This document shows positions 1 to 14,273 of a stretch of DNA of 64,000 bases, piece after piece (position 1 is the first letter of the stretch; the number at the start of each line of letters is the position of its first letter). The stretch covers positions 95,420,001-95,484,000 of the forward strand of contig NC_086107.1 of the NCBI RefSeq assembly GCF_963921235.1. Reading direction: 5' to 3'. The position numbers and the translations under genes were made by a program. The DNA is from Mobula hypostoma (lineage: Eukaryota). The notes under the pieces were generated by a model. That model saw only the letters and a list, made by a program, of their open reading frames with translations. It did not search any database and had not been told where the DNA came from.

Positions 1-1750
1 CCATAAGATGATGATGGTTCCTTTCAGTCAGTTAGTGGGATTTGATGCTTGTGTCCTAGAGTGGCTGTCTAGGCTCTATCTATCTAGGCTTTTCAATATT
101 CCTCCTTCATTCTTCTAAACTCTAGTGAGTACAGTTCCAGAGCCATCAAACACTTCTCCTATGTTAACTTTTTCATTCCTGGGAACATTCTCGTGAACCT
201 TCTCTGGACCCTCTCCAATGCCATGACATCTTTTCTTAGATAAGGGGCCCAAAACTGATGATAATCTCAGCATTACTTCCTTACTTTTATATTCTACTTC
301 TTTTGAAATTAATGGTAGCATTGCATTTGCCTTCCTTACTGCCGACTCAACCTGCAAGTTAACCTTTAGGGAATTCTGCATGAGGACTCCCAATTCCCTT
401 TGCACATCAGATTTCTGAATTTTCTCCGTTTAGAAAATAGACTCTGTCTTTATTCCTTCTGCCAAAGAGCGTGACCGTACACATCCCTACATTATATTTC
501 ATTTGCCACTGCTTTGCCCATTCTCTTAATCTCACTAAGAACTTCCTGTGGACTCCCTGTTTCCTCAACACTTCTGCCCCTTCACTATCTTTGTATCATT
601 TGCAAACATGGCCATAAAAGCCATAAATTCCATTATCTAAATCATTGACATATAACATAAAAAGAAGTGGTCCCAACTCTCACCCCTGTAGAGCACCACT
701 ATTCACCAGCAATCAACCAGAAAAGCCCCCTTTATTCCCACTCTCTGCCTTCTGCCAACTAGCCAATCTTCTATCCATGCTAGCATCTTTTCCGTACTAC
801 CATGGGCTCTTATCTCTTACCAGCCTCATGTTGGCACCTTGTCAAAGGCCTAATGAAAATCTAAGTACATACCATTATTCTGCAGTAGTTTTGGTTATAC
901 TGAGGTGCTACTAAAAGGAAATTATGCCCAAAGCAAGAAAATTCTAATGTAAGAACTTTTTTTCTTTGGAATAAAAAGATTAAATTTCAATTTACTTTGG
1001 AAATATTTACTGAGGAAACATATATTCAACACTGATTTTCTCTACTGGGATTCAAAATCTTATTTAGTGAGGTTTCAACAACTTGCATTGTCTTGTTACA
1101 TTATTATGTATTTGTTATATGCAGTTTAAAGAGTCAAAGAGTTATACAGCACCTTTGGCCTAACGCCACCAGTCTGATCCATTTTCCTGCATTAGGACAC
1201 ATTCATCTACTTTCCTATCCAACTGTTTTTAAGCATACTTTATTTCAACCTCTGCCTCCTCATTCCATATAATTGTCACCCTCTATGTGAAAAACTTACC
1301 CTCCAACCTGCTCAATGTTTCGCCTCTCTCGCCTTAAGCTGTGCACTCTAGTTTAGATTCAGCTGCCCTGTGAAAAAGACTTTATCTACTCTATTTATGC
1401 CCCTTCTAATCTTCCAGATCCCATAGGTCACCCTTCAGCCTTCCAAATTCCAGTGATAGTAAACCCAGCTAATTTAATCTCTCATTATAACCAGAGTCTT
1501 GTATTCCAGCCAACATCCTGGTGAACCTCTTCAGCATTCCCTCCATTGCTACCTCATCCCTCCTGTGATGTGGCAGCCAGAAGTTTATACATACTCCAAA
1601 TGCAGCCTAACCACATACGGCTGCAACATGATATTACTTTATAAACATTTGCATGTGTGCTTTGTATAATATTCCAAATGTGGATTATAAGTGTCAATGT
1701 TATCTCTCGCTAATCTTCCTTGAGAAAGAGCTACTTTTTTGAACTTTTAG

Positions 1751-1973
1751 GTGGAGTCAGACAAGGGCAGTTACAGGGCTAAGACCCAGTAAAACAGAAA
1801 GAACTTGGTATATATTTCTAAGTCTATTCCTTAAGGGAAAAAGTACCACATTTAAACATCCAGATATATAACAACTTCATATCATATTCCATTGTACAGT
1901 AGGATATAGTTTCACTTTTCCATTACAGCAAAAGTATTACTGTTTATGAACAATGGGGAGTGGAGGTGAACTG
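1751..1973 (+). CDS. Candidate small exons of an unidentified gene (1751-1807; 1929 to ~1973)
   Basis: Acceptors cttttag| and cttttccattacag|. The compatible phase-2 frame is open in both (WSQTRAVTGLRPSKTERT-C-KSITVYEQWGVEVNW). Donors are weak or ambiguous. Confidence 0.25.
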
Positions 1974-2197
1974 GTTAGTCAAATATGTATGCGGCAGTGA
2001 GCCACCATAGAAGTTCAAGCTGTCTCTAAATTACAGATGCTCAATAAGGAGTTCCTATAATATTATTAAATTTAGAAGTCCAATGTATATTCATTTAATC
2101 ATTCCTACAAATACAGAACCGGTTTCCACCTTGAGTTATTGTACTTTCTCGTCAAGTCTTTTGTATTTTTTGATACAGTTATTACAATACTTTAGAA

Positions 2198-2278
2198 CAG
2201 GGGTTCCCAACCTTTTTTTATGATATGGATGAATATCATTCAGCCAGGGGTCTGTGGACTCCGGGTTTTGAATCCCTG
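2198..2278. mobile_element. hAT-Charlie/MER5-like MITE (81 bp)
   Basis: CAGGGGTTCCCAACC...GGTTTTGAATCCCTG; flanks CTTTAGAA / TTGTAGAA (imperfect 8-bp TSD). Confidence 0.65.
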
Positions 2279-3779
2279 TTGTAGAAGTACGGTTACCATA
2301 TAGAATCCAGAGTCAGAGTATACAGCACAGATACAGGCCCTTCAGCCCAACTGGTCCTTGCTGACCAAGATATCCCATTTGTCAGCGTTTGGCCCATAAC
2401 CTTCTAAACTTTTCCAATCCATGTACATACCCAACTATCTTTAAAAAGCTAGTATTAGATCTGCATCATTTCTTTGGCAGCTTATTTCACATAGATACCA
2501 GTCTTTGTATAAAAAAAGTTGCCCCTCACGTTCCTCTTAAATATTTTCCCTCTCACCTTTAACCTAATGCCCTCTAGGTCTTGATTCCTGAACTCCTGGA
2601 AAAATACTGAATGCATTCACTCCATTCATGCCTCTATGATTTAATCCACTTCTGTAAGATCACCTCTTAGTCTCCTAAATGGTAAGGAATGAAGTCCTAA
2701 CCTGTCTAACCCTTCACTCTAACTCAGTCCCTGAAGTCCAAGCAGCATCCTTGTAAATCTTTTCCGGTGAATAACACCTTTTCTATGACAAGGCAACCAA
2801 AACTAAAGACAACACTCTAGCTGTGGCCTCACCAGCATCTAGTACAACCACACAATGCCTTCCTAACCTATATACTCAGTGCCCTGTCTAATAAAGGCCA
2901 GTGTGTCAAAAGCCACCTTCACTATACTGTCTATTAATGACTCCATTTTCAGTCAACCGTGTACTTGTACTCCAGTGCCCCATTGTTCTACAAGTCCTTA
3001 GGGCCCTGCCATTCACTGTACAAGTCCTATTTGAATATGACTTTCCAAAGTACATTTATCCATTATTGAGCTCTATTTGCCGTTTCTTGGGCCCAATGCT
3101 CACCCCTGAGGCATACCACTAGTTACGGGCATCTAGTCTGAGAAACAACCTTACAACATCACCCTCTGCTTTCTACCATCAAGTCTATTGTGTATCCAAT
3201 TACCCAGCTCTCCCAGGATCCCATACAATCTAACCTTTCAGAGTAGCCTAGCATATGGAAGTATATCAAAGATCTTACTGATGTCCATATAAACTATTTC
3301 TACCTTCCTACCCTTATCAATATTCTTCCCCACCTCAAAAATCTCTGACAAGTTCATAAGACATGATCTCCCATGCACAAAGCCACACTGACTATCCCTA
3401 ACCAACCCTTATCTTTCATATACCGAGCATAGAACAGTACAGGAACAGGTCCTTCAGCCCACTATATCCGTGCCAACCATAATGGCAAATTAAAATCTGC
3501 TCCATTCCCTGCTTGTTCATGTATCTGTTTAAATGTCTTTTAAACTTTTCTGTCACATCTCCTTCCACTACCAGATCCTAGCATCCTGTTTCAGGCACTG
3601 ACCAGTTTCAGTGTTAAAAAAAATGCACATTTTAGCTTTCCCCCTTTCTCTACATTAAACCTCCAATATATCCTCTAATATTTGCCATTTGCTTGTTTGG
3701 TAATCTCTATCTTCTCACAAAGGCTTTTAGCCTTTTCAATCAGCATGGTCAGTTCACCTTCTGAATTGGTTCAATGCAA

Positions 3780-4968
3780 ACATGAGGAATTCTGCAGATG
3801 CTGGAATTTCAAGCAACACACATCAAAGTTGCTGGTGAACGCAACAGGCCAGGCAGCATCTCTAGGAAGAGGTACAGTCGACGTTTCGGGCCGAGACCCT
3901 TCGTCAGGACTAAATGAAAGAAGAGCTAGTAAGAGATTTGAAAGAGGGAGGGGGAGGGGGAGAGCCAAAATGATAGGAGAAGACAGGAGGGGGAGGGATG
4001 GAGCTGAGAGCTGGACAGGTGATTGGCAAAAGGGATATGAGAGGATCATGGGACAGGAGGCCTAGGGAGAAAGAAAAGGGGGAGGGGGGGAACCAGAGGA
4101 TGGGCAAGGGGTATAGTGAGAGGGACAGAGGGAGAAAAAGGAGAGAGAGAGAAAGAATGTGTGTATATAAATAAATAACAGATGGGGTACGGTGGGGGGA
4201 GGTGGGGCATTAGCGGAAGTTTGAGAAGTCAATGTTCATGCCATCAGGTTGGAGGCTACCCAGACAGAATATAAGCTGTTGTTCCTCCAACCTGAGTGTG
4301 GCTCCATCTTTACAGTCGAGGAGGCCGTGGATAGACATGTCAGAATGGGAATGGGATGTGGAATTAAAATGTGTGGCCACTGTGAGATCCTGCTCTCTGT
4401 GGCAGACAGAGTGTAAGTGTTCAGCGAAATGATCTCCCAGTCTGCGTCAGGTCTCGCCAATATATAGAAGACCGCAACGGGAGCACCGGATGCAGTATAT
4501 CACTCCAGCCAACTCACAGGTGAAGTGTTGCCTCACCTGGAAGGACTGTCTGGGGCCCCGAATGGTAGTGAGGGAGGAAATGTAAGGGCATGTGTAGCAC
4601 TTGTTCCGCTTACAAGGATAAGTGCCTGGAGGGAGCTCGGAGGGGAGGGATGGGGGGAACGAATGGACAAGGGAGTCGCATAGGGAGCGATCCCTGCGGA
4701 AAGCAGAGAGGCGGGGGAGGGAAAGATGTGCTTAGTGGTGGGATCCTGTCGGAGGTGGTGGAAGTTACGGAGAATTATATGTTGGACCTGGAGGTTGGTG
4801 GGGTGGTAGGTGGGGGCAAGGGGAACCCTATCCCTAGTGGGGTGGCAGGAGGATGGAGTGAGAGCAGATGTGTGTGAAATGGGGGAAATGCGTTTGAGAG
4901 CAGAGTTGATGGTGGAGGAAGGGAAGCCCCTTTCTTTAAAAAAGGACATCTCCTTTGTCCTGGAATGA
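3780..4968 (-). mobile_element. 5'-truncated Penelope-like element (RT C-terminus, GIY-YIG, pLTR with hammerhead)
   Basis: FFKERGFPSSTI..VPL..TYHP..IILRNF; VIYCIRCSRCGLLYIGET. 16-bp TSD AATTGGTTCAATGCAA (3764-79 / 4969-84). Confidence 0.92.
3876..3911 (-). ncRNA. Minimal type I hammerhead ribozyme motif (intact core)
   Basis: Minus strand AGUC-CUGACGA-A-GGGUCUCGGCCC-GAAA-CG-UC^GACU; predicted cleavage between 3880 and 3879. Confidence 0.8.
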
Positions 4969-7233
4969 AATTGGTTCAATGCAAGCCGCGTATATGAAAA
5001 ATTATCTCACTGGGCTAGTTATGGTTTCTGAAAAATACAATGGGTTTTGATGGCATTGTAGGTTTCTGAGGAAGCCACAAAATTCAATAACTGCACCTTC
5101 TGAGCTTTTATATTGTCAATCCTTAACAAACCCATGTCAAATTTCTTCACTGAATTATTCTCATTTTCAACGGCTTGATTATTATTATCTCCAGCTTCGG
5201 TGTGATTGTAACCCCATATATTCTTGTACCTTTTTTTATACATCATCTGCTGGTGCATTGTTACAGCATCCATCATAAGAGACCCCCTCCACTGCTTCTC
5301 ACTGCTGCCATCAGAAAGTATGGGAGACTCAGGACTCACACCGTCAGATTCAGGGACAGTTATTATCCCTCAACCATCAATCAGGTTCTAGAATCGGAGG
5401 GGATAACTTCACTCAGCTTCATTTGCCCCATCACCGAACCGTTCCCATAACCTATGGACTCACTTTCAAGGACACTTCATCTCATGTTTTTGATATTTAC
5501 TGCTTATTTATTATTATTATTTCTTTTTTAAACTTTCTTTTTGTATTTGCACAATTTGTTGCCTTTGCACACTGGTTGTCCACCCTGTTGGTGCAGTTTT
5601 TCATTGATTCAATTATGGTTATGAGATTTATTGAGTAATTCGGGTTGTATATGTGACGTATGTACTTTTATAATAAATTTACTTTGAACTTTGATGTAAC
5701 TGATGAAGTAAATAGAAACAAACAAAGTGAATTTCACTAATGGAGAAAACTTAGTTAGTTGGAGGCCAAATCCCTTGAAAAATATGGAGGGTGTAGGAGA
5801 GTACTTAAGAAAGGATATTCAGACAAACAGCATCTTTGAAATATCCTGGGCTGGTAAGATTAAGGAGAATCCCAAGTCATTTTATATTGAGGAGCACGAG
5901 GGTAGTTAGGTAAAGAGTGGATCAGGGATTAAAGGGTGAAATCCATGTGTGGAGCTTGATGATGTGGGTGAAGTCCTAATGAATATTCTTTGAAGATAGT
6001 CATCAAGGAGAAGAATTTAGGGGATATGTGCCAATCACAGCTCTGAATTAAACTAATTCTCTTCTGCCTATATATCCCTCCATTCCCTGTACATCATGCC
6101 TGTGGAAAGCACTTTCACATCTGCTTGCACCACTACCCCAAGCAGCTTTTCTAAGCACCCACCCGTCTTGGTGTACAGAATAGGCATCACAAATCTACTT
6201 TAAACTTCCCCCCTCTCACCTTAAATGCATGCCTCTAGTATTGGACATTCCTACTATAGGAAAGAAGGATTCTGGCTGTAAACCCTGTTTATACCTCTCA
6301 TAATCTTACAATTCTCTGTCAAGTTTCTCCCCAGTCTCTGATGCTCCAGGGGGAGAAAAAAAGCCTGTTTTTCTGTATAGTTATAGCCACGAATCCAGAT
6401 AACATCCTTTCCAAAGTTTGGGTAGGTCATGAATATATATAATTTCCATGTTAGCAGTAGCAAAATCGAGAGGCATCGATTTAAGGTGAGAAGGACATTT
6501 AAAGATCTGAGTAGGTAGGCTTTTTTCATATAGACAGTGGTTGTCATCAGGAATCTGTTGCTATAGGAGGTGGTAGAAACACATGCAATTACTATACTTA
6601 AGAGGCATTTAGGCAGACACTTAAATTTGGCAAGACATAGAATAACATGGTCCTGATATATGGGATGAGTACAGATATGCAAAAAGATAAGCATGGACAT
6701 CGGCCCCACTGCTGTGCTGGACATTTCTATGACTACTATACAGAGTAAATACAGTATGTCCTGCATTGCAAGCATGCTTTATTTGTTTGAGACCAAAATT
6801 TATGCTAGTAAAATATGAGGCATGTAAACATTTTCCGAAGATCTGATTCTCCTGGAATGAACTCTCATTCATAATCGGCAAAGTTCAGGAAACTGAGACA
6901 ATGGAAGATGTAAATTTAAACCAATAAGAAAAAGAAGTAAGTCTAAGGTTTGAGAAATTGAAATTGGATAGAGTGCTTGTAGAATATAAAGGAAGGAAGG
7001 AAGAACCTAAACAAAGAATCAGGAGGGCTAAAAAGTGTCATGAGATGTAAGTAGCATTAAGGAGAATCCCAAGGCATTTTATACAGTTTATACACTGAAA
7101 ACAAGATGATATTTATGGAGAAAAACACTAACCCACTCAAGAATAAATGAGGGAACTTATACCTTGATCTAGGGTAAGATTCTAGGTCAGTATTCCATAT
7201 CAGTATTCATTTAGAAGAAGGAGATGGACAGCA

Positions 7234-7577
7234 ATGATCTCCCTATATCCTTACCTCCCCATCATCTCCCTGTGGTGTTCTTTCCCCTTTCCTTTCTCCC
7301 ATGGTCTTCTACCCTCTCCTAGCAGATTCTCCCTTCTCCAGCCCTTTATCTCTTTCAATAATCACCTTCCCAGCACTTTACTTCATTCCTCCCATCTCCT
7401 GATTTCATTTATCACCTACCACTTTGTTCTTCTTCCTCCCCTTCTCCGACCTTCTTGCTCTGATCTCATCTTTTTCTCCCAGTCCTGGTGATGGATCTTG
7501 GCCCAAAATGCCAAATGATTACTCTTTTCTATAGATCCTTCTGGCCTGCTGAGTTTCTCCAGTATTTTGTGTGTGTC
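7234..7577 (+). mobile_element. Old Penelope-like 3' fragment
   Basis: Pyrimidine-rich tract, degenerate hammerhead at ~7480-7520 and the ctggcctgctgagtt terminal motif. Confidence 0.65.
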
Positions 7578-7652
7578 ACAGCATACTCGCCTTTATCAGT
7601 CATAGCACTGAGTGTAAAAGCTGCCAAGTCGTGTTGCAGCTGAATAAACCTT

Positions 7653-7725
7653 TTGTTGTTCAGTCGTTAAGTCAAGTCTGACTCTTCATGGCCTCATGGA
7701 CTCCTGCACACCAAGCCTTCTTGTT
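7653..7725 (-). mobile_element. RTE/BovB-like 3' terminal fragment
   Basis: gttgttcagtcgttaagtcaagtctgactcttcatggcctcatggac resembles the reverse complement of RTE-BovB tails (recalled). Confidence 0.55.
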
Positions 7726-10094
7726 GGAAACTGCCTAAGATCTTACTTAATAAAACGTAACAATGTTATTTATTTTAGAGATAAAACATGAACTAGGCCC
7801 TTCCCACCCAAAGAGTCATGCCATCCAATAACTCACCTATTTAACACAGGACAATTTTCAATGGTCAATTAGCCTTCTAATTGACACAGCTTTAGACTGT
7901 GGGAGGAAATTGGAGTTGGTCACACTTGGAGTATCATGTGCAGATCTGGTCACCAAATTACAGGAAGGCTGTAGGTACAAAAGAGGTTCAGCAAGATGTT
8001 GTCTGGATTACAGAGTATTGCTATTATTGAGACGTTAGTCAAATTTGGATTGTTTTCTTCTTGAGAGGTAGAGATAGGATAGTCACTCTTCTTCCAACAA
8101 TAAAAATGTCAAACATTTTAAGATGAGGAGGAAAAGTTTAAAGGAATTTTATGAAGCAATTTTTTTCTTTTTGTTTACATGCGTGATAGGAATGCATTGC
8201 CAGGGATGATGGTGAAAATAGATACAATAGCAACATTTAGATGGACACATAACCAGTCAGAGGGTGGTGGCATATAGACTGTGTGAAGGCAGGTGGGATT
8301 AGTTTAAAATCGGCTCCATGGTCAACATAGTTCACAGAGCCTCTTCCTGCACTGTACGATTTTATGTTCTTTATTCATCACAGGAAGCTTCATATATAGC
8401 ATTGATGGTAATATTCCTTGAAGTGATATTCATTCCCTTGTCAAGTATACAATATGTCAGTAATGGATGTGTTATTGATCACATCGCAAATGTGTAAAGT
8501 TGTGTAACATTTAAGTTACTGGATAAGGAGGCATGGATCATTGATCTGTGACAGAAATTTGAATTTCATTACAACGGTTGAAGAATTTAAGTACAAGTAT
8601 GAAATAAATCTGAAGTTTAAACAGAATGCTTGTCTTAGTAACTGGATGCATGAAATTGATGAATCATAAGAAAATAGGAGGAGTGGACCATTCAATATGA
8701 TTATAGAGTGATAGCGATAGAAATGTGTAGATGAAAATGGGTCCATCTATGCTGATGCCTATTGATACTAATCCCTTTTATCTGCAATAGATAGGTGTAC
8801 CTCATCTATTCTTTTCTTAGCCAAGTATCTGTCAACATGCGTTTTGAACATTGTAATTGTACCCAGGTCTACCACTTCCTCTGACAGCTCATTCCATGTC
8901 ACCAACACCCTGTGTGGAAAAGCTCATCCCTCAGTCTCCAACATTCAAGTGAGAATAAACCTAGCTTTCCCAATTACACCATGTAAAGCACTCTATTCAA
9001 GGCAACATGAATTTCTCCTGCACTCTCTCTATTGCTACCACACCCTTCCTTTAGTGTGGGAACCAGAACTGTACAGAATACATCAGGGGTGGCTTGACCA
9101 ATATTTTGAACAGTTGCAATGATACCCCAACTCTTACACTCAATGTCTCAGAATTCCTAAGGTCCCTACAATTTACTGTACATGTCCTGTCAGAGCCACA
9201 ACAATCTCCTTCCTTGCTTCCCATAGCATTCTGTATCTATATCATCACTCTACAGAGATTTATCCAACTTAATGTATGGTAATATAATAATAATAAATAC
9301 TTTATTGATCCTGAGCGGGCAATTCTTTCGTAACAGCAGCAACATTTAAAAACACACACAGCAGTGTGCAAACTTAACTAATAATAAAGTACAGAATAAT
9401 AACATACACAATAATTTATCAATGTGCAACAATAATTTATGAAATAATGAGACAGACTATTGTACTATAGTGTACAAACGTATGTTCTCCTGTCTCACAG
9501 AGATGAACTGTTGTATATGCTTATTGCATTTGATAGGAAGGATTTTCTGTACCAATCCTTGTGACTAGCAGAGCTGAATGAGTCTGTTCAAAAGGGTGCT
9601 CCGCTGCTTATTCAGTAGCTCATGGAGAGGATGTGCCTGATTGTCCATAATGGATAAGTTTGTTTAGTGACCTCCCGTCCACCACTAACTCATGTGCTTC
9701 ATGCCTGACCACATGTCCCTTATGGTTGTACTCCAGCTTCCTCTTGTAGGATTTTTTGCACTTGCTCAATTTTACCCTCAGTTCACTCTGTACTCACCTT
9801 AGTACTTGTCTATTTCCAGACCTAAAGGCTTTCTTATTATTCAAAAGTTCTTTCAGGTCAATGGTGATCCAGGGCTCATTGTTGAGGAAACAGTGTACAG
9901 TTCTGGCTGGCAAGATGGTTCTCACAGAATTTGATACCTCCAATATCTCCTCTTTCCCAATGAATAGTGATGAAAAATCTTCATTTAGGATCCTTCCCAC
10001 ATTCTCTGGCTCCATACACAGTTCCCTCTTTGTTTCACTATTTTCCTGCTTCAAATATAATTATATAAGGTTTTAGGATCCTCATTAATCATAA

Positions 10095-10583
10095 ACACAG
10101 TGGCCATTTTATTAGGTACACCTGTACACATGCTCTTCAATGCAAATATCTAATCAGCCAATTATGTGGCGGCATCTCAATGTATAAAAGCATGCAGGCA
10201 TGGTGAAAAGGTTCAGTTGTTGTTCAGCCCAAACATCTAAGTGACTTTGACTATGGAATGCTTACTGGTTTGAGTATCTCAGAAACTGCTGATCTCCTGG
10301 GATTTTCACACACAATGGCCTCCAGAGTTTACAGAGAATGGTGCACAAAAAAAAATCCACTGAGCAGAAGTTTTATGGGTGAAAACCACAATGAGAGAGG
10401 TGAGAGAATGGCCAGCTGGTTTAAGCTGACAGGAAGGCGACAGTAACTCAAATAGCCATGCACGATAGTGGTGCACAGAAGAGCCTCTCTGAATCTGCAA
10501 CATGTTAAATCTTGAGGTGGATGGGCTACAGCAGCAGAAGACCCTGAACATATACTCAGTGGACACTTTATTAGGTACAGGAG
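10095..10583 (+). mobile_element. Non-autonomous Tc1-derived element (HTH remnant)
   Basis: GLSISETADLLGFSH..SRVYREW; terminal motif cagtgg(c/a)ca(t/c)tttattaggtaca at both ends in direct orientation. Confidence 0.75.
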
Positions 10584-10689
10584 GCCATTTCATGTCCTCT
10601 TTTTGCCCTCCTAATTTATTTCTAGAGTCCTCTCTTACAAACCCTGTAAGCCTCAAAGTACTAACTCATGAACAAATGCCTAAAAGGGA

Positions 10690-11110
10690 CACACATCAAA
10701 GTTGCTGGTGAACTCAGCAGGCCAGGCAGCATCTCTAGGAAGAGGTGCAGTCGACGTTTCAGGCTGAGACCCTTCGTCAGGACTAACTGAAGGAAGAGTG
10801 AGTAAGGGATTTGAAAGTTGGAGGGGGAAGGGGAGATCCAAAATGATAGGAGAAGACAGGAGAGGGAGGGATGGAGCCAAGAGCTGGACAGGTGATAGGC
10901 AAAAGGGATACGAGAGGATCATGGGACAGGAGGTCCGGGAAGAAAGACAAGGGGGGGGGGACCCAGAGGATGGGCAAGGGGTATATTCAGAGGAACAGAG
11001 GGAGAAAAAGGACAGTGAGAGAAAGAATGTGTGCATAAAAATAAGTAACAGATGGGGTACGAGGGGGAGGTGGGGCATTAGCGGAAGTTAGAGAAGTCGA
11101 TGTTCATCCC
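10690..11110 (-). mobile_element. Penelope-like 3' fragment
   Basis: High similarity to ~3817-4240; imperfect flanking repeat cctaaaag(g/t)gaca. Confidence 0.85.
10749..10784 (-). ncRNA. Minimal type I hammerhead ribozyme motif
   Basis: AGUC-CUGACGA-A-GGGUCUCAGCCU-GAAA-CG-UC^GACU inside a Penelope 3' fragment. Confidence 0.72.
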
Positions 11111-14100
11111 TATCCTAAAAGTGACATATGCTTCTTTCTTAGTTTTGATCAACTTTAGGTTGGCTTTATTAACCAAAGTTCTCTAATATTACTTTTGAAT
11201 GGTCTTGCTAACTCTAAGCTCTTACTATATCACCGTTAATCATCTCTCACTTATCAGACGTTTCTTTTTCCCTCCTTGAGCAGCTGCTCCCAATCTACTT
11301 CTGCTACTTTCTGTCTTATATTGTTGAAAGTAGATTATAGCTGACCTATTCCAGGTCTTGAAATTCCTCTTCTGTGCTCTTTACCCAAAATTCCCAGTTT
11401 TTCACTGTTCTCTAGAGTCATGCAGACATATTGCATAGAAACCAGCCCTTAAGCCTACTACATTCTTGCTAACCATCAAACACCCATCTGTACAAATCCC
11501 GTTTATGAGCACTAAGCCCTTAGTCTTCTGTACCTTGGCAATACACATACTTGACATAAAGACTTGGCTTCCACAGCTGCCTGTGGCAAAGAATTCCACA
11601 GATTCATCACGCTGTGACTAAAGAAATTCCTCAACATCTCCGTTCTAAAAGGATGCCTCTCTCCTTTGAGGCTGTCCCCTCTGGTCTTAGACCCTCCCAT
11701 CATAGGAAACATCCTCTTCACATGCACTCTATCAAGGCCTTTCACCATCTCAGGGTCTATCCTGTGCTGCTCCCTTAGGATCTTGTGTACTTCAGTGACC
11801 CCCCCCCCACCCTTATTCTGAACTCCAAGGACAGATTCAACTATTTTTAGCCACTCACATATGATAACTCTTGTGTTCCAGAAATTAGTCAGGTGAATCT
11901 TTTTTTAAGATTACCTCTAACACTAATATCTTCTTTCATAAATAAGAGGTGAAAATTGTGTTCAGTACTGCAGGTGTCTCTGTAACAGGACTTCCCTGTT
12001 TTAAACTCTTAATCATTTTGCAAAAAGAGCCAATATGCCAGATGCCTTCCTAACTACTTGCTGTACATGTCTGTTAACTTGTGAATTGTGCATAGATACA
12101 CTAAGATCCCTATGAACTTCATTCATCTGCAATTTCTCTTAGATACTGATCTGCCTTTTGTTTTCTCTTTGCAAAACGCATGGCTTTACATTTTTCCTCT
12201 TTAAATTCCATTTTCTATTTTTTTCCTACTCAATCTACTGTATATCTTATTCCAGAATCCAAAATGACATCACAACATGCCCTCCCTCCTACTTTGCTTG
12301 TGGGTCCAGGATAGGACTGTATAGTTGTCAAAGATCTCACTGTTAAAGGAGTGGACATTGTCATTGGATTTCGATGGACAACCAAAGAGAGAGAAGAGAC
12401 TTTAAGCACTGCTTCCTCCTGTCTGTAGTTAATACTGTATAAACAGTAAATAATTGAAGGGCAAGAACTGAAGGGCACTTCCTAGTTACAGCTTTACGCC
12501 TAAATGTTACAGAACCTGAACCAGTTCACTCACGGTCTCTTAGAGAACAAAATCTGCTATTCATTTCTGATCAAGTCTATGTGATTTCAGATCCACAAAG
12601 ATTGCTGTCTTTTGATTGCCTCCTTAGAGATAGATAATAATAGTTGTCAGCAGTAACATTGCCAGTAATACCCACATCCCATGAATGACTATATTAAAAA
12701 ATATGGTATTTGCTTTGATAAGGTTTGGCATGGAAAATTAGATTGCTTAGGATCCAGTGAGATCTGGCTAATTGCTATACAATTGGCTGGATGGTAAGAA
12801 GCACAGTCGATGTTTCTAATACTGAAGCTCTGTAACTACAGGTTTTCCACAAGTGTCAGTGCCAGCCCTATGGTACTTTATCATCTATTACCAATGAGTT
12901 GGATGAGAAATGCACAAGTCATGGTTAGTAAGGTTGACACTGTTCCAGGTGGTGTTGTAGATAATGAAGATGGTTATCAGGAATTACAATGCTGGAAAAT
13001 TGGGCTGATATATGGGAAAGTGTGAGTAGTGCATTTTAAAATGATAAATGAGCATAGGACTTTCACAGTGAATGTTAGGGTCCTGGTAGTGTATTGTAGA
13101 ACGGAGGAACATGGCCCTTTGAAAATGGTGTCATTGATAGACAGGGTGGTGAAGAAGGCTACTTACACTGGTCTTCATCAGTCAAGGCTCTTTACCTCCC
13201 TCTGCAGCTTCCTTATCAGAAGACCACAGTCTTGCCCGCCACTGAAGTAAGATTCTCTTGCCTATAATTCCCAGGGTTATTTCTACTCCCCTTCTTGAAC
13301 AAAGAAATAGCATTTGCCACTTTCCAATTATCTGGTACTATTTTTGTGACCAGTGAGGACACAAAGATCATCACCATTTCATCCCTTGCTTCCCCCAGTA
13401 ACCTGGGTTATATCCTGTTTGGCACCAGAGACTTATCTATCCAAATGTTTTTCAAAATTTCCAGTGGGTAAAGAGAATCTTTTTATATTAGTAAAACTTT
13501 AATCAGTTTCCATCAAGTGAGAATATAAAAAACGAGCAAAGAAAGTGAGCTTTGCCTAGCAGCAGCTGTGGATATCACCTTTACAGGTCACATTTACTGC
13601 TTCTAGCTTCCCATTTACAGAAATTTATCAGTTTAGCCAATTAGTAGCAACTATTGAATAACAAATAGCTACCATTCCCATGACTTCTTAACATTTTAAA
13701 ATTGCATTGCTGACGAGGTATTATACATTAAAAAATTGCTCTTATAATCTAACATTAATAACATTTATCAGTTCTATCTTTGCCCAGTTTTTATATTCCC
13801 AGCTGGCGGAAACTGATTGAAGTTTTACTAATGCATAATGTAATGCAAAAAATTTTTAATATTAATTTTATAACAAAGTGTATTGCTATTATGAACATTC
13901 TCTACTGTAGACAAAATTGTAAGAATGTACAAATAATTATTCTTGAATTCAAATATTAACATGAAGCCTGATTCTGAAAAGATAGAACACGCTTCAAAAG
14001 TGAAATTCAGCATGAGTTACAGCACAGGAAATTTAAGTACCAATAGTAAGATAAAATACAAAAATATAATCTTAGTTACTGAACCAGATGCTTGGATTTT

Positions 14101-14273
14101 CACCAAAGGTACTGTTTATTATTTGGAAAGCTATAATATCTGTCCAACTGGAAAATAAAGACAGGGGAAAATGGAATTTTCTTCTTTCCAAAAAATGCCA
14201 TTTTAATTTATGTAGAATTTCTCCTATTGAATATGGATTTATACTAATTGTAATTGCAATTTTTAAAAAATAG

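Larger units (their letters stand above)
80..3690 (-). mobile_element. Cluster of CR1 3' fragments (~80-870, 1130-1640, 2300-3690)
   Basis: QRELGVLMQNSLKVNLQVESAVRKAN and typical CR1 3' sequence; unique DNA in between. Confidence 0.75.

Noticed and set aside
5019..5339. 106-aa minus-strand ORF, with continuation MLIEKAKSLCEK at ~3700-3745
   Set aside because: Chimeric with a LINE 3' end; only a faint Tigger/pogo-like resemblance, too weak to call.
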